DNA from: Thermoplasmata archaeon
Lineage (GTDB): Archaea > Thermoplasmatota > Thermoplasmata > Thermoplasmatales > ARK-15
Assembly (NCBI GenBank): GCA_039794005.1
Contig: JBAMMA010000001.1
Coordinates: 67,779 to 131,778 of the forward strand
DNA length: 64,000 nt
Direction: 5' to 3'
The notes beneath the pieces are model-generated. The model was not told the origin of the DNA. It did no database searches and saw only the letters and a program-made list of their open reading frames with translations. Each line of letters opens with the position of its first letter. Position 1 is the first letter of the stretch. Both the position numbers and the translations under genes were made by a program. Positions 40,490 to 49,696 of the stretch are shown in pieces.

Positions 40490-41737
40490 ATGAAATCTGA
40501 AAAATTTTTTGAAGAAGCGAAAAAAATCTTTCCAGGTGGTGTAAATTCACCTGTAAGGTATTATGATCCATACCCAATTTTTATAAAAAGTGGCAAAGGA
40601 TCAAAAATATACGATGTCGATAATAGGGAATATGTCGATTTCTGTTTAGCCTACGGGCCACTGATTCTTGGCCATTTAAATGATCAGGTGAAAAAAGCCG
40701 TTCAGAGGAAAATGGAAAATGGATGGTTATTTGGAGCGCCAACTGAGGAGGAAATTTTACTTGGAAAATTAATCAATGAAGCTGTTCCCTATATAGAAAT
40801 GATGAGATTTGTAAATTCTGGTACTGAAGGAACTATGCACACTATCAGGTTAGTCAGGGCATTTACTAATAAAAAAAGGATAGTAAAAATTATCGGGGGA
40901 TATCACGGAGCTCACGATTCTGTATTAGTTTCACCAGGAAGTGGCGCTATTGGAAAACCTTCATCGGCAGGAATTCCAGAAGAAGTTACATCAAACACTT
41001 TTGTTGTTGAATATAATGATATTGAAACACTTGAGAATATATTTAGGAATTATAAAAATGAGATTGCTGGATTGATAATCGAACCCGTGTTAGGAAATGC
41101 AGGTGTGATTTTACCCGATAAAGAATACTTAAAAAATGTACGTGAAATTACTTCTGAAAATGATGCCCTGTTAATATTTGACGAGGTTATCACAGGATTT
41201 AGGTTTCACTATGGAACAGCAGGTCAATATTTTTCTGTAATACCAGATCTTACTATCTTGGGGAAAATCGTTGGTGGTGGATTTCCTCTTGCTATATTCG
41301 GAGGCAGAAAAGACATCATGGAAAAAATTTCGCCTCAAGGAAACGTATATCAGGCAGGTACATTTTCAGGAAATCCCATTTCTGTAACTGCAGGAATAAC
41401 TACATTAAAAATATTGAAAAATAAGGATTATCATGAACTGGAGAATAAGGTTAAAATCATTGAGAAATTTGTAAACGATTTGAAGGAAGACAAAGGGAGG
41501 GAAATACAGTTTAATTCTATGGTTAGCATGTTTCAGATATTTTTTAATAAAAATCCAGTAAAAAGATATTCGGATGCAATTAATTCAGATTCCGTTAAAT
41601 ATAAAGAATTTTTTAATAAAATGTTAAAAAATGGTTTTTATTTACCTCCAAGTCAGTTTGAATCTCTATTTTTAAGTTTTGCACATACCAAAAAAGAAAT
41701 ATATAATTTTGGAAAGATAATCTATGATGAATTATAA
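40490..41737 (+). CDS. hemL: Glutamate-1-semialdehyde 2,1-aminomutase
   Basis: 'FPGGVNSPVR', 'DEVITGFR' and 'LGKIVGGGFP' (PLP Lys). ATG at 40490 preferred over the track's TTG at 40469. Confidence 0.95.
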   Translation: MKSEKFFEEAKKIFPGGVNSPVRYYDPYPIFIKSGKGSKIYDVDNREYVDFCLAYGPLILGHLNDQVKKAVQRKMENGWLFGAPTEEEILLGKLINEAVPYIEMMRFVNSGTEGTMHTIRLVRAFTNKKRIVKIIGGYHGAHDSVLVSPGSGAIGKPSSAGIPEEVTSNTFVVEYNDIETLENIFRNYKNEIAGLIIEPVLGNAGVILPDKEYLKNVREITSENDALLIFDEVITGFRFHYGTAGQYFSVIPDLTILGKIVGGGFPLAIFGGRKDIMEKISPQGNVYQAGTFSGNPISVTAGITTLKILKNKDYHELENKVKIIEKFVNDLKEDKGREIQFNSMVSMFQIFFNKNPVKRYSDAINSDSVKYKEFFNKMLKNGFYLPPSQFESLFLSFAHTKKEIYNFGKIIYDEL

Positions 41738-42587
41738 GATAAGGATTGGAACACGTGGAAGCAATCTAGCACTAATTCAGGCATTAGAAGTTTCTGAAAT
41801 GTTAAAGAATATAGGATTTGATACTGAGATAATAAAGATCAAGACAGAAGGGGATATAGATCAAAGGCCCCTTTACATGACAAGAGAGTTTGGAATTTTT
41901 ACAAAAAAGATTAATGAAGAACTTTTGAATGAAAATATTGACATTGCTGTTCACAGCATGAAGGACTTACCTGTAAAAATTGAAGAAGGATTGAAAATTG
42001 TTTCAGTTCTAAAGAGAGAACGTTACGAAGATTTTTTCTTATCGAATAAAAACATTTTTGAAATTGAAGAGGGGAAAAAGATTGGAACTTCAAGCCTAAG
42101 AAGGAAATCATTCTTGAAAATAATCAGACCCGATATAGAGATTGTTGATGTAAGAGGAAATATTGATACAAGGATAAAAAAATATGAAAATAAAGAGGTA
42201 GATGGTTTAATTCTTGCATATGCAGGAATTAAAAGGCTTAATCTTAACCCCATAGGTCATATATTAGACCCGGATTTATTTGTACCTCAGGCAAATCAAG
42301 GTATAATTGCCATACTTTCAAGAAACGATTTTCATTTGAATGAAAAGATATCTTTAATCAATCATAAAGAAACATTTTTAATTGGTATGGTTGAAAAAGA
42401 ATTTTTAAGAGAGTTAGATGCAGGTTGTCATTCCCCGGTAGGTGTTCTTGCGAGGTTAATTGATGGTAAAATTTTAATTCATGTAGCATACATAGATGAT
42501 AAGAGATATGATTACTGGTCTAAATTTGAAATCAAATATCTTGATGAAGAGTTGAAAAGATTTCGAAGGTGGTATGATGCCAGGTAA
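41724..42587 (+). CDS. hemC: Hydroxymethylbilane synthase (porphobilinogen deaminase)
   Basis: 'IRIGTRGS.LA..Q', 'VHSMKDLP', 'GTSSLRR', 'RGN..TR' and 'GCHSPVG' (the dipyrromethane Cys). Confidence 0.95.
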   Translation: MMNYKIRIGTRGSNLALIQALEVSEMLKNIGFDTEIIKIKTEGDIDQRPLYMTREFGIFTKKINEELLNENIDIAVHSMKDLPVKIEEGLKIVSVLKRERYEDFFLSNKNIFEIEEGKKIGTSSLRRKSFLKIIRPDIEIVDVRGNIDTRIKKYENKEVDGLILAYAGIKRLNLNPIGHILDPDLFVPQANQGIIAILSRNDFHLNEKISLINHKETFLIGMVEKEFLRELDAGCHSPVGVLARLIDGKILIHVAYIDDKRYDYWSKFEIKYLDEELKRFRRWYDAR

Positions 42588-43296
42588 GGTATATTTAATA
42601 GGTGCAGGTCCAGGAGATCCCGATCTTTTGACATTGAAAGCCTATAAAATAATAAAGAGGAGTGATGTTGTTCTATATGACCGTCTTATAAATAAATCGA
42701 TATTAAAAAAAATTCCCAGGGGGATAAAAAAAATATTAGTTGGCAAAAGTCCCGGTGATGATCCAGATGTTTTACAGAATAAAATTAACGAATTGATTGA
42801 AAAATATTACAATGAAGGTAAAATAGTTGTAAGATTAAAATCTGGAGATCCATTTTTATTTGGGAGGGGTGGTGAAGAACTAGAATTCATGAAACAAAGG
42901 AAAATTGATTTTGAAGTTATACCAGGTATAACCTCTGCAATAGGAGTTCCAACATATATAAAACTTCCTTTGACTCATAGAAATTATTCTTCTTCTGTGA
43001 TGATTATTTCAGGACATCTCAAAAGAAACAAAGCTATAAACTGGGAAATAGTTTCAAGATTTGATGGAACTATTGTTATTTTAATGGGAATAAGCAATAT
43101 GCAAGAAATAATGAATAATTTGATCGTTTATGGTAAAGATGAAAATACGCCTGTTTGTGTAATTCAATATGGAACAACAAAAAAACAAAAGATTGTTAAG
43201 GGTAATTTAACAAATATTGTTGAAATCGCGAAAAAAAACAGAATAAAGGCGCCTGGAATTATTGTTATTGGTAAGGTGGTTGATTTGCTTGATTAG
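42574..43296 (+). CDS. cobA: Uroporphyrinogen-III C-methyltransferase (SUMT)
   Basis: 'VYLIGAGPGDPDLLTLKA', 'VVLYD.L', 'VRLKSGDPFLFGRGGEE' and 'IPGITSA'. Confidence 0.9.
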   Translation: MMPGKVYLIGAGPGDPDLLTLKAYKIIKRSDVVLYDRLINKSILKKIPRGIKKILVGKSPGDDPDVLQNKINELIEKYYNEGKIVVRLKSGDPFLFGRGGEELEFMKQRKIDFEVIPGITSAIGVPTYIKLPLTHRNYSSSVMIISGHLKRNKAINWEIVSRFDGTIVILMGISNMQEIMNNLIVYGKDENTPVCVIQYGTTKKQKIVKGNLTNIVEIAKKNRIKAPGIIVIGKVVDLLD

Positions 43297-44011
43297 AATA
43301 ATTACATTTAGGCCAGAGGAAAAATTTGAGAATATTAATATTGAAGATGTTGAAATTACCAATATTTCAATTACAAAGATTGTAAAATTAAAATTTGATT
43401 TAAATTCAATAATAAATAAAAATTTTGATTACATTATTTTTACAAGTACTCTTGGTGCAAAATTTTTCATGGAAGAAATTAAAAAACATAACCATGAAGA
43501 AATTCTAAAAAATAAAAATATCATAGCGATAGGTAAAAAGACCGCTGAATATTTAAACAATGACGTTATTATTCCAGAAAATCAATCATCAAAAGGTATT
43601 ATTAAATTAATTGAGAAAAATTCTGAAATTTTATTGATAAGGAGTAAAAATGGAAATCCTTATTTAGTAAAAAGGTTGCGGGAAATTGGTAATTTACAGA
43701 TTATAAATGCTTACAAAAGTGTTATTATCAATGATAAAGATTATAAATATATATACACAAAGATGAAAAATAATTATTTTAATGCAGTTATATTTACATC
43801 CTCTTTTATTTTTAGGTCATACTTAAAAGTTTTCTCCAGATATGGTAATCCTCTAGAAATCCTACCACCTTTGATAATAGCAATAGGTGAGAGGACAGCC
43901 AATACCATTAAAAGGTTTGGGATTAAACCAATAATTATGGAAGAACCAGACATGAAATTAAGTGTGATAAAAGTAATCCAATATTACAAATCAGATACTT
44001 TATTTTATTAG
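43289..44011 (+). CDS. hemD: Uroporphyrinogen-III synthase
   Basis: 'IITFRPEE', 'IIFTS..G..FF', 'AIG..TA' appearing twice. Cluster context supports the call. The start is uncertain: I chose TTG at 43289, downstream of AAGGTGG, while the track gives TTG at 43262. Confidence 0.7.
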   Translation: MIRIITFRPEEKFENINIEDVEITNISITKIVKLKFDLNSIINKNFDYIIFTSTLGAKFFMEEIKKHNHEEILKNKNIIAIGKKTAEYLNNDVIIPENQSSKGIIKLIEKNSEILLIRSKNGNPYLVKRLREIGNLQIINAYKSVIINDKDYKYIYTKMKNNYFNAVIFTSSFIFRSYLKVFSRYGNPLEILPPLIIAIGERTANTIKRFGIKPIIMEEPDMKLSVIKVIQYYKSDTLFY

Positions 44012-44096
44012 CAGGTTAAAGAATATTGATACAATGAAAGATTTTTTAAAAATATAAATATTATAAATTATAATGTATAAATTATATTTTTCTATA

Positions 44097-44783
44097 TCAA
44101 TTTATTCTATCCTTTAAAAAACGCTGTATTGTTTTTGAAATCAATATTACAAAGGAGATTATAACAATAAATACAATTAAATCATCAAAGATGTTGAAAT
44201 TTCCTTTAAATAGATTAGTCATCGATAAAATTATTGATTTATTCGAAAAATTTCCATCAGAATATTTTGTAATATTTTCGTTTAATAATAATCCATTGGA
44301 TAAGGAAAAATTTGCATAATATTTTACATAATATTTCATTGAATTTTGAATTGAAAGAATAAACAATAAACTATTCTGTTTTCCTATATATGTGTTTGTT
44401 TTCACGATCTTCCATTTGTATGCTGGACTATATATAGAATATATACCTTTTATAACATCTGGAGAATTGTTTTTAATTTCATCAATTAATGTTGAATTTA
44501 TTTCGGGAAATGGACCGTTTACGTTCAAATTCAAAATATTTATTATAGAAAATGATGCGTTATAACTAATGTTATCATAATAAATATTGACAGAACCGTT
44601 AGGATAATCTAATTCAACTGACATTGTGTAATTATATTCGTTCAAAAAAATGATGTTATATTTTTCAGCATAAGAATAATGGTTGTTTATCAATACGATA
44701 TAATTGGCACTAGAATATCCTGGATTAAAAAATAATGAATTTATTATAATTATCAGAGAAATAACAATAAATGTTTTAAACAT
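44097..44783 (-). CDS. Hypothetical secreted protein with C-terminal membrane anchor, rich in N-glycosylation sequons
   Basis: N-terminal hydrophobic signal-like segment and a C-terminal TM ('LIVFIVIISFVILIS'). Ten or more N-x-S/T sequons. Confidence 0.5.
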   Translation of the reverse strand: MFKTFIVISLIIIINSLFFNPGYSSANYIVLINNHYSYAEKYNIIFLNEYNYTMSVELDYPNGSVNIYYDNISYNASFSIINILNLNVNGPFPEINSTLIDEIKNNSPDVIKGIYSIYSPAYKWKIVKTNTYIGKQNSLLFILSIQNSMKYYVKYYANFSLSNGLLLNENITKYSDGNFSNKSIILSMTNLFKGNFNIFDDLIVFIVIISFVILISKTIQRFLKDRIN

Positions 44784-44812
44784 AGAATATATTATAAATA
44801 ACTTAGATAAAA

Positions 44813-44819
44813 AGGTGAT
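44813..44819 (+). promoter_or_regulatory. Shine-Dalgarno-like AGGTGAT upstream of the wHTH gene
   Basis: 6-nt spacing to the ATG at 44826. Confidence 0.45.
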
Positions 44820-44825
44820 TATTGA

Positions 44826-45149
44826 ATGGTATATAATTTGTCAAAGGATATAAATTTAGATGATGATCTTATTTATAGAGTATTGAACCATTTCAAAAAG
44901 TACGGTGTAGATTATGCAAAATCTGTCGGTAGAGACATTGAAATGAACAAAAGGGATGTTTGTAAAATATTAAAAAAATTATATGAAATGGGTTATTTGG
45001 AAAAAAGGCCCTCAGGGATGTTAAAAAGAACTGAGGCAAAATTAAAGAAAAGGGTTACAACTCATCCACACCATACATATTATTATTTATCAGAAAAGGG
45101 TTATGAATTTATAAAAAATTATGAAAGTAATAAAAACAATAAAAATTGA
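44826..45149 (+). CDS. Small winged-helix DNA-binding protein (possibly DUF2250-like)
   Basis: '...DVCKILKKLYEMGYLEKR...HHTYYYLSEKGYEF' is a typical wHTH recognition helix plus wing. Family name recalled from memory only. Confidence 0.55.
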   Translation: MVYNLSKDINLDDDLIYRVLNHFKKYGVDYAKSVGRDIEMNKRDVCKILKKLYEMGYLEKRPSGMLKRTEAKLKKRVTTHPHHTYYYLSEKGYEFIKNYESNKNNKN

Positions 45150-45190
45150 AAGAGTAAGCTTAAATATCCAATTTTTCTTTTAAATATAGT

Positions 45191-46681
45191 ATGAGATTAA
45201 TACCTGAAGAAATTGATAAATTTTTAAACTCTGAACATGGTGTATCATTGTTGATTAAAGGGTCCCCAGGTAGCGGGAAAACAACATTTTCACTACAAAT
45301 TTTAGATAGAATGAAAAGCTATAAAAATGCAATATATGTATCCACTAGAATAGGAGATATAAGTTTATATAACCAATTTCCATGGTTAAAAGATGTAGAA
45401 AAAAACATTAAATTGATCATATTTTCAAAAACATTTGTTGAAAAAATTAATAAAAATGTTCAGGAAAATGAAATTAAGTACATTGCCAAAGAGATGCTAA
45501 CTGAAATGAGGAATAATGAAAAGCATGTATCCAGATTTATGTATAACAGATTATTCAAGGACAACTTTATTCCGGAAATAGAAAGAATTTATGATGAAGT
45601 AGAATCTAATTTACCCAAACAATCCATCATTGTAATAGATTCCATAGAGGGTATTACAATACCAAATGGAATAGATACAGGTAATTTCATGTACATGATT
45701 CAAAAAGATATTATTGAAAGTGCAGGTTCTACTGTAATATTTGTATCAGAAAAAAATAGTATAGAACCAGAAGATTATATTGCTGATGGTGTAATTTACA
45801 TGGATTATGAATATTTTGAAAATTATGATAATATGTTAAGATATATAAATATAAAAAAATTGAGAGGATATAAAATAAAAGAAAATCGATATATTTTTAC
45901 TCTTGAAAATGGTAAAGTTGGAATATTCAATTATCCAGAATTGAGAAAATCTAAATCTGGAAAGTTTAATGCTATAAAAAATGGTGTAAAATATAGCACT
46001 GGAATAAAAGATTTGGATAATTTACTTAATGGAGGAATTAAACCAGGTAATATATTAACCATGAATGTTTCCAATAATACGACATTTTCAAATTTTTGGC
46101 TAATCAATAAACCTTTACTATTAAACGCATTATATAACAATTTTTGTATTGTTTTTCTTGCTGTTTCATCAAATACATTTTCCAATCCAATTGAAAGCTT
46201 TTGTCAGGATGTAGGTTATGATATTTGTGATTCTAAAGTGAGATTTGTTAATTATTTCCCATACTCATATCTAAAAAAGGGGTTAATAGAAGATATTTTA
46301 GTGGACAGGGATTCAATAGCACTGAATGACTTTAAGGTCTTAAGTGAAATAAATAAGATTTCTGAAAATAAATATCCAATATTGTTTTATTTAGATTATC
46401 CATCTCTTGAAAACATAAAAGGGTATATGGATGCCAAAAAGGAATTAAATTATATAATAAATTACATAAGAGGGAATAATAAACATATAGGTGTAATATA
46501 TAAGAATGAAAATGTAGATGTTGAAAATGAGATTAAATCTTTATCCAACTATTACATTAACATAGTAACTATAAAAGGCAATACATTCATATATGGAGTC
46601 AAACCGGAATTTCACTTGCATGGAGTTATGCCAGATGAAAATCTGGGAGAGCCCAATGTTAAATTAATACAAGTATTGTGA
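45191..46681 (+). CDS. Two-domain KaiC/RecA-like ATPase; N-domain intact, C-domain lacks a P-loop
   Basis: N-domain: Walker A 'GSPGSGKTTF', Walker B 'IIVIDSIEG', 'ADGVIYMDY', 'KKLRG'. C-domain: 'YSTGIKDLDNLLNGGIKPGNILTMNVSNNTTFSNF', where GxxGxGKT is replaced. Confidence 0.8.
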   Translation: MRLIPEEIDKFLNSEHGVSLLIKGSPGSGKTTFSLQILDRMKSYKNAIYVSTRIGDISLYNQFPWLKDVEKNIKLIIFSKTFVEKINKNVQENEIKYIAKEMLTEMRNNEKHVSRFMYNRLFKDNFIPEIERIYDEVESNLPKQSIIVIDSIEGITIPNGIDTGNFMYMIQKDIIESAGSTVIFVSEKNSIEPEDYIADGVIYMDYEYFENYDNMLRYINIKKLRGYKIKENRYIFTLENGKVGIFNYPELRKSKSGKFNAIKNGVKYSTGIKDLDNLLNGGIKPGNILTMNVSNNTTFSNFWLINKPLLLNALYNNFCIVFLAVSSNTFSNPIESFCQDVGYDICDSKVRFVNYFPYSYLKKGLIEDILVDRDSIALNDFKVLSEINKISENKYPILFYLDYPSLENIKGYMDAKKELNYIINYIRGNNKHIGVIYKNENVDVENEIKSLSNYYINIVTIKGNTFIYGVKPEFHLHGVMPDENLGEPNVKLIQVL

Positions 46682-46686
46682 GGTGA
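46680..46686 (+). promoter_or_regulatory. Shine-Dalgarno-like GAGGTGA overlapping the KaiC-like stop codon
   Basis: 5-nt spacing to the ATG at 46692. Confidence 0.45.
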
Positions 46687-46691
46687 AAAAT

Positions 46692-47009
46692 ATGGATACA
46701 GGTATATTGGAAAATCTGGGTTTAGAGGCCTTAGCAATTGTAAGAAGGGATGGTATGTTTGTTGATGGAGTAATTCCAAACTATGTTGATAAAGAGACAT
46801 TTTCTATCATGTCTGCCACAATTTTCATGAGCACAATAAGCACATATACTGAGTTCAAATTATCACAACCTGAAAAAATTCTCGTGTACAATCAAGGACT
46901 GAACATGTTATTGTATCCAAAAAATGAAAGAGAAATCGTAGTATCACTTTTCCCCAATGATAAAAATCCAGATGAAATATATCAGAAATTAATATCGTTA
47001 ATCAAATAA
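46692..47009 (+). CDS. Roadblock/LC7 (MglB-like) domain protein
   Basis: 'GLEALAIVRRDGMFVDGV...ETFSIMSATIF' is a typical Roadblock/LC7 alpha-beta-alpha pattern. ATG at 46692 preferred over the track's GTG at 46683. Confidence 0.75.
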   Translation: MDTGILENLGLEALAIVRRDGMFVDGVIPNYVDKETFSIMSATIFMSTISTYTEFKLSQPEKILVYNQGLNMLLYPKNEREIVVSLFPNDKNPDEIYQKLISLIK

Positions 47010-47439
47010 TCCTCTAATATTATATTATTGATCTAGCAACTGAAATATCAATTGAAGATTTAAAAAGTCATACACAAACATATTCTCAGTGAAGATTAAA
47101 AAGTTTATAATAAAAATAATCTTCAATTTCTATTTTATTAAATTTTATATATACAATTTGATATATTTATTATGCCATTTTAACTTTATATATAAAACTT
47201 TTTATGTTGAACTGTCCATACTTGATATTAATGATCTGATCTAGGAAATTCTTGAACATAAAATTTCTCTTTCGGTATAGTTTACAAAATAAATTCTTGT
47301 AAATTTGATTTGATATAAAGATAATGATTTAAAAAAATGAATGTGGAAGAAGAATATCTTCATTTATTATTTTTAATAATAGAGAATATTTTCAATATTT
47401 CACGATAACTTTTTATTTAAATTATTATTCAATTGTTCA

Positions 47440-48351
47440 ATGGAAATATTTGAGATAGGCCGCTGGATAGAAACTCACAGATCAAGATATGACATGTCAA
47501 ATAGCGGTATGGGTAAAAGAATAGATTTAAAAAAATATTTAAATAATTATAAATTTAGAAGTGAAAATGAAGTTAAAGAAATTATTGCAAATCTCTATTC
47601 AATAAATTCTGAAGATATTCTTTTAACACATGGTGCAACTGAAGGATATTCAATATATCTCTTCATAAAAAGAAATAGCATAAAGTGCAAATACATATTA
47701 CCTGAATATGAATTAATATTCAAAGTCCCAAAAATTTTTAACATTGAAAGTGGAGATGTACTCTGTGTAAGCAATCCCCACAACCCAACAGGTGAATTTT
47801 TGAGCATCAATGAGAGATCTATAATTGATGAAACCTTTTTATTTTTTTATGAGGATCCATATAAAATAAAATATAAAGAGAACATTGCCAGAATTAATAC
47901 ATTTACAAAATTCTTTGGAGATGAAATAAGGTTGGGTTGGATCATTTCAAATGATACCAATTCAATAGAAGGTCTCAGAGGAATACTGTTTGAAAGAGTA
48001 TCTTCCATAAATTTAGGAATAGCATATGAAATGCTTAAAGATTATGACAATATAAAGGATTATTTAAGAGCAATATCAGAAGATAATTTAAATTATATCA
48101 AAAAAAATATGGGAAGATTAAAATATTACAATGGTTCTAATCCAGTTCCAGGAACTGTTGTTTTTATTGATTATTCTTATTATACAAATTTGGATTCTGT
48201 TACTATATCTGAAATGCTTTATAAACATGATATTTCAGTGGTTCCTTCGATTTATTTTGGCGTTAACGGAAATTATTTAAGAATATCGTACACTTCAGAG
48301 AATTTTAAAGATGGTTTTGATAAACTTTTAAACTTTTTTGAAAATATTTAA
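47440..48351 (+). CDS. Short class I/II PLP-dependent aminotransferase/decarboxylase (HisC/CobD-like)
   Basis: 'THGATEG', 'SNPHNPTG', 'IDETF' and 'NTFTKFFG...RLGW' (PLP Lys). Confidence 0.7.
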   Translation: MEIFEIGRWIETHRSRYDMSNSGMGKRIDLKKYLNNYKFRSENEVKEIIANLYSINSEDILLTHGATEGYSIYLFIKRNSIKCKYILPEYELIFKVPKIFNIESGDVLCVSNPHNPTGEFLSINERSIIDETFLFFYEDPYKIKYKENIARINTFTKFFGDEIRLGWIISNDTNSIEGLRGILFERVSSINLGIAYEMLKDYDNIKDYLRAISEDNLNYIKKNMGRLKYYNGSNPVPGTVVFIDYSYYTNLDSVTISEMLYKHDISVVPSIYFGVNGNYLRISYTSENFKDGFDKLLNFFENI

Positions 48352-48421
48352 TTAAATATATATTTATAAAATAAAACTAAAATATTAAATTGTTCTAATC
48401 TTTAAAGGATTTGGTGATAGG

Positions 48422-49645
48422 ATGAAAGATAAGATTGAAATGGATAAGCCGGTAGTAGAAATGGACGGAGATGAAATGACAAGAATTATATGGAAATGGG
48501 TTAAAGAAAAATTACTGTATCCATATGTGGATCTTAAAACTGAATATTATGATTTGCATGTTTTAAACAGGGATAAAACAAATGATCAAGTAACATACCA
48601 ATCAGCAGAGGCTGTAAAAAGATGGGGTGTTGGAGTTAAGTGTGCAACAATTACACCAAATAAGGAAAGGGTGAAGGAATACAATCTAAAGAAGGAGTGG
48701 CCGAGCCCAAATGCAACAATAAGGAAAATTTTAGATGGTACGGTTTTTAGAGCACCAATTATTGTAAAATCTATAAATCCTGCCGTAAGATTCTGGAAAA
48801 AACCAATCGTTGTAGCAAGACATGCGTTTGGAGATATTTATGATGGCGTAGGTATAAGGTTTGAAGAGCCCGGTAAAGCTGAAATTATTTACAAATCAAA
48901 TAGTGGAAAAGAGAAGAGAGTTGAATTCCCAGAATTCAATTCATCGGGAGTCCTTCAGGGTATTTACAACATAGATAAATCCATTGAAGGATTTGCTAGG
49001 GCATCATTCAGATATGCCTTGGAAAACAAATTGGATTTATGGTTCGCAACCAAGGATACAATATCCAAGGTATATGATGCAAGATTCAAGGAAATATTCA
49101 ATGAAATTTATGAAAAGGAATATAAGGAAAAATTCGAAAATAACAGATTAAATTATAATTATTATTTAATAGATGATGCGGTTGCCCGTGTGGTAAGATC
49201 GGAAGGTGGATTTGTCTGGGCATGTAAAAATTATGACGGGGATGTATTTTCAGATTTTGTTTCAACCGCATATGTTGGAACATTAGCTCTGATGACATCA
49301 GAATTAATGTCCCCCGAGGGATATTATTTATCGGAAGCCGCACATGGAACGGTTCAAAGGCATTATTACAGATACATAAAGGGAGAAAAAGTATCTACAA
49401 ATCCAACCGCTATTATATATGCATGGACAAGAGCTTTAAAGAAAAGGGGGGAGTTGGATAAAAATGATGATTTGGTTAATTTCTCAATAACTCTGGAAAA
49501 AGCTGTTCTCAAGACAATTGAAGATGACAAGATAATGACTCAAGATATGGCGAAAATAACTGAACCTCCAATTGATAATTATGTAGATACTGAACAATTC
49601 ATAAATGCCATCAAGAATAATTTAGAGAAAATGCTAAAAAAATAA
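48422..49645 (+). CDS. icd: NADP-dependent isocitrate dehydrogenase, type II (eukaryotic IDH1/2-like)
   Basis: 'VEMDGDEMTRIIW', 'GVKCATITPN', 'ARHAFGDIY', 'WACKNYDGDV.SD' and 'EAAHGTV.RHY' are collinear with human IDH1 along the whole length. Confidence 0.9.
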   Translation: MKDKIEMDKPVVEMDGDEMTRIIWKWVKEKLLYPYVDLKTEYYDLHVLNRDKTNDQVTYQSAEAVKRWGVGVKCATITPNKERVKEYNLKKEWPSPNATIRKILDGTVFRAPIIVKSINPAVRFWKKPIVVARHAFGDIYDGVGIRFEEPGKAEIIYKSNSGKEKRVEFPEFNSSGVLQGIYNIDKSIEGFARASFRYALENKLDLWFATKDTISKVYDARFKEIFNEIYEKEYKEKFENNRLNYNYYLIDDAVARVVRSEGGFVWACKNYDGDVFSDFVSTAYVGTLALMTSELMSPEGYYLSEAAHGTVQRHYYRYIKGEKVSTNPTAIIYAWTRALKKRGELDKNDDLVNFSITLEKAVLKTIEDDKIMTQDMAKITEPPIDNYVDTEQFINAIKNNLEKMLKK

Positions 49646-49696
49646 AGCAAATTTTGCTACAAAATATTTAAATTTTATTCAATTTTTAATTTTTAT

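Noticed and set aside
47170-47259. 29-codon minus-strand ORF (MFKNFLDQIINIKYGQFNIKSFIYKVKMA) in the 430-nt spacer.
   Set aside because: It is too short, has no SD motif or other support, and ORFs of this length arise by chance.
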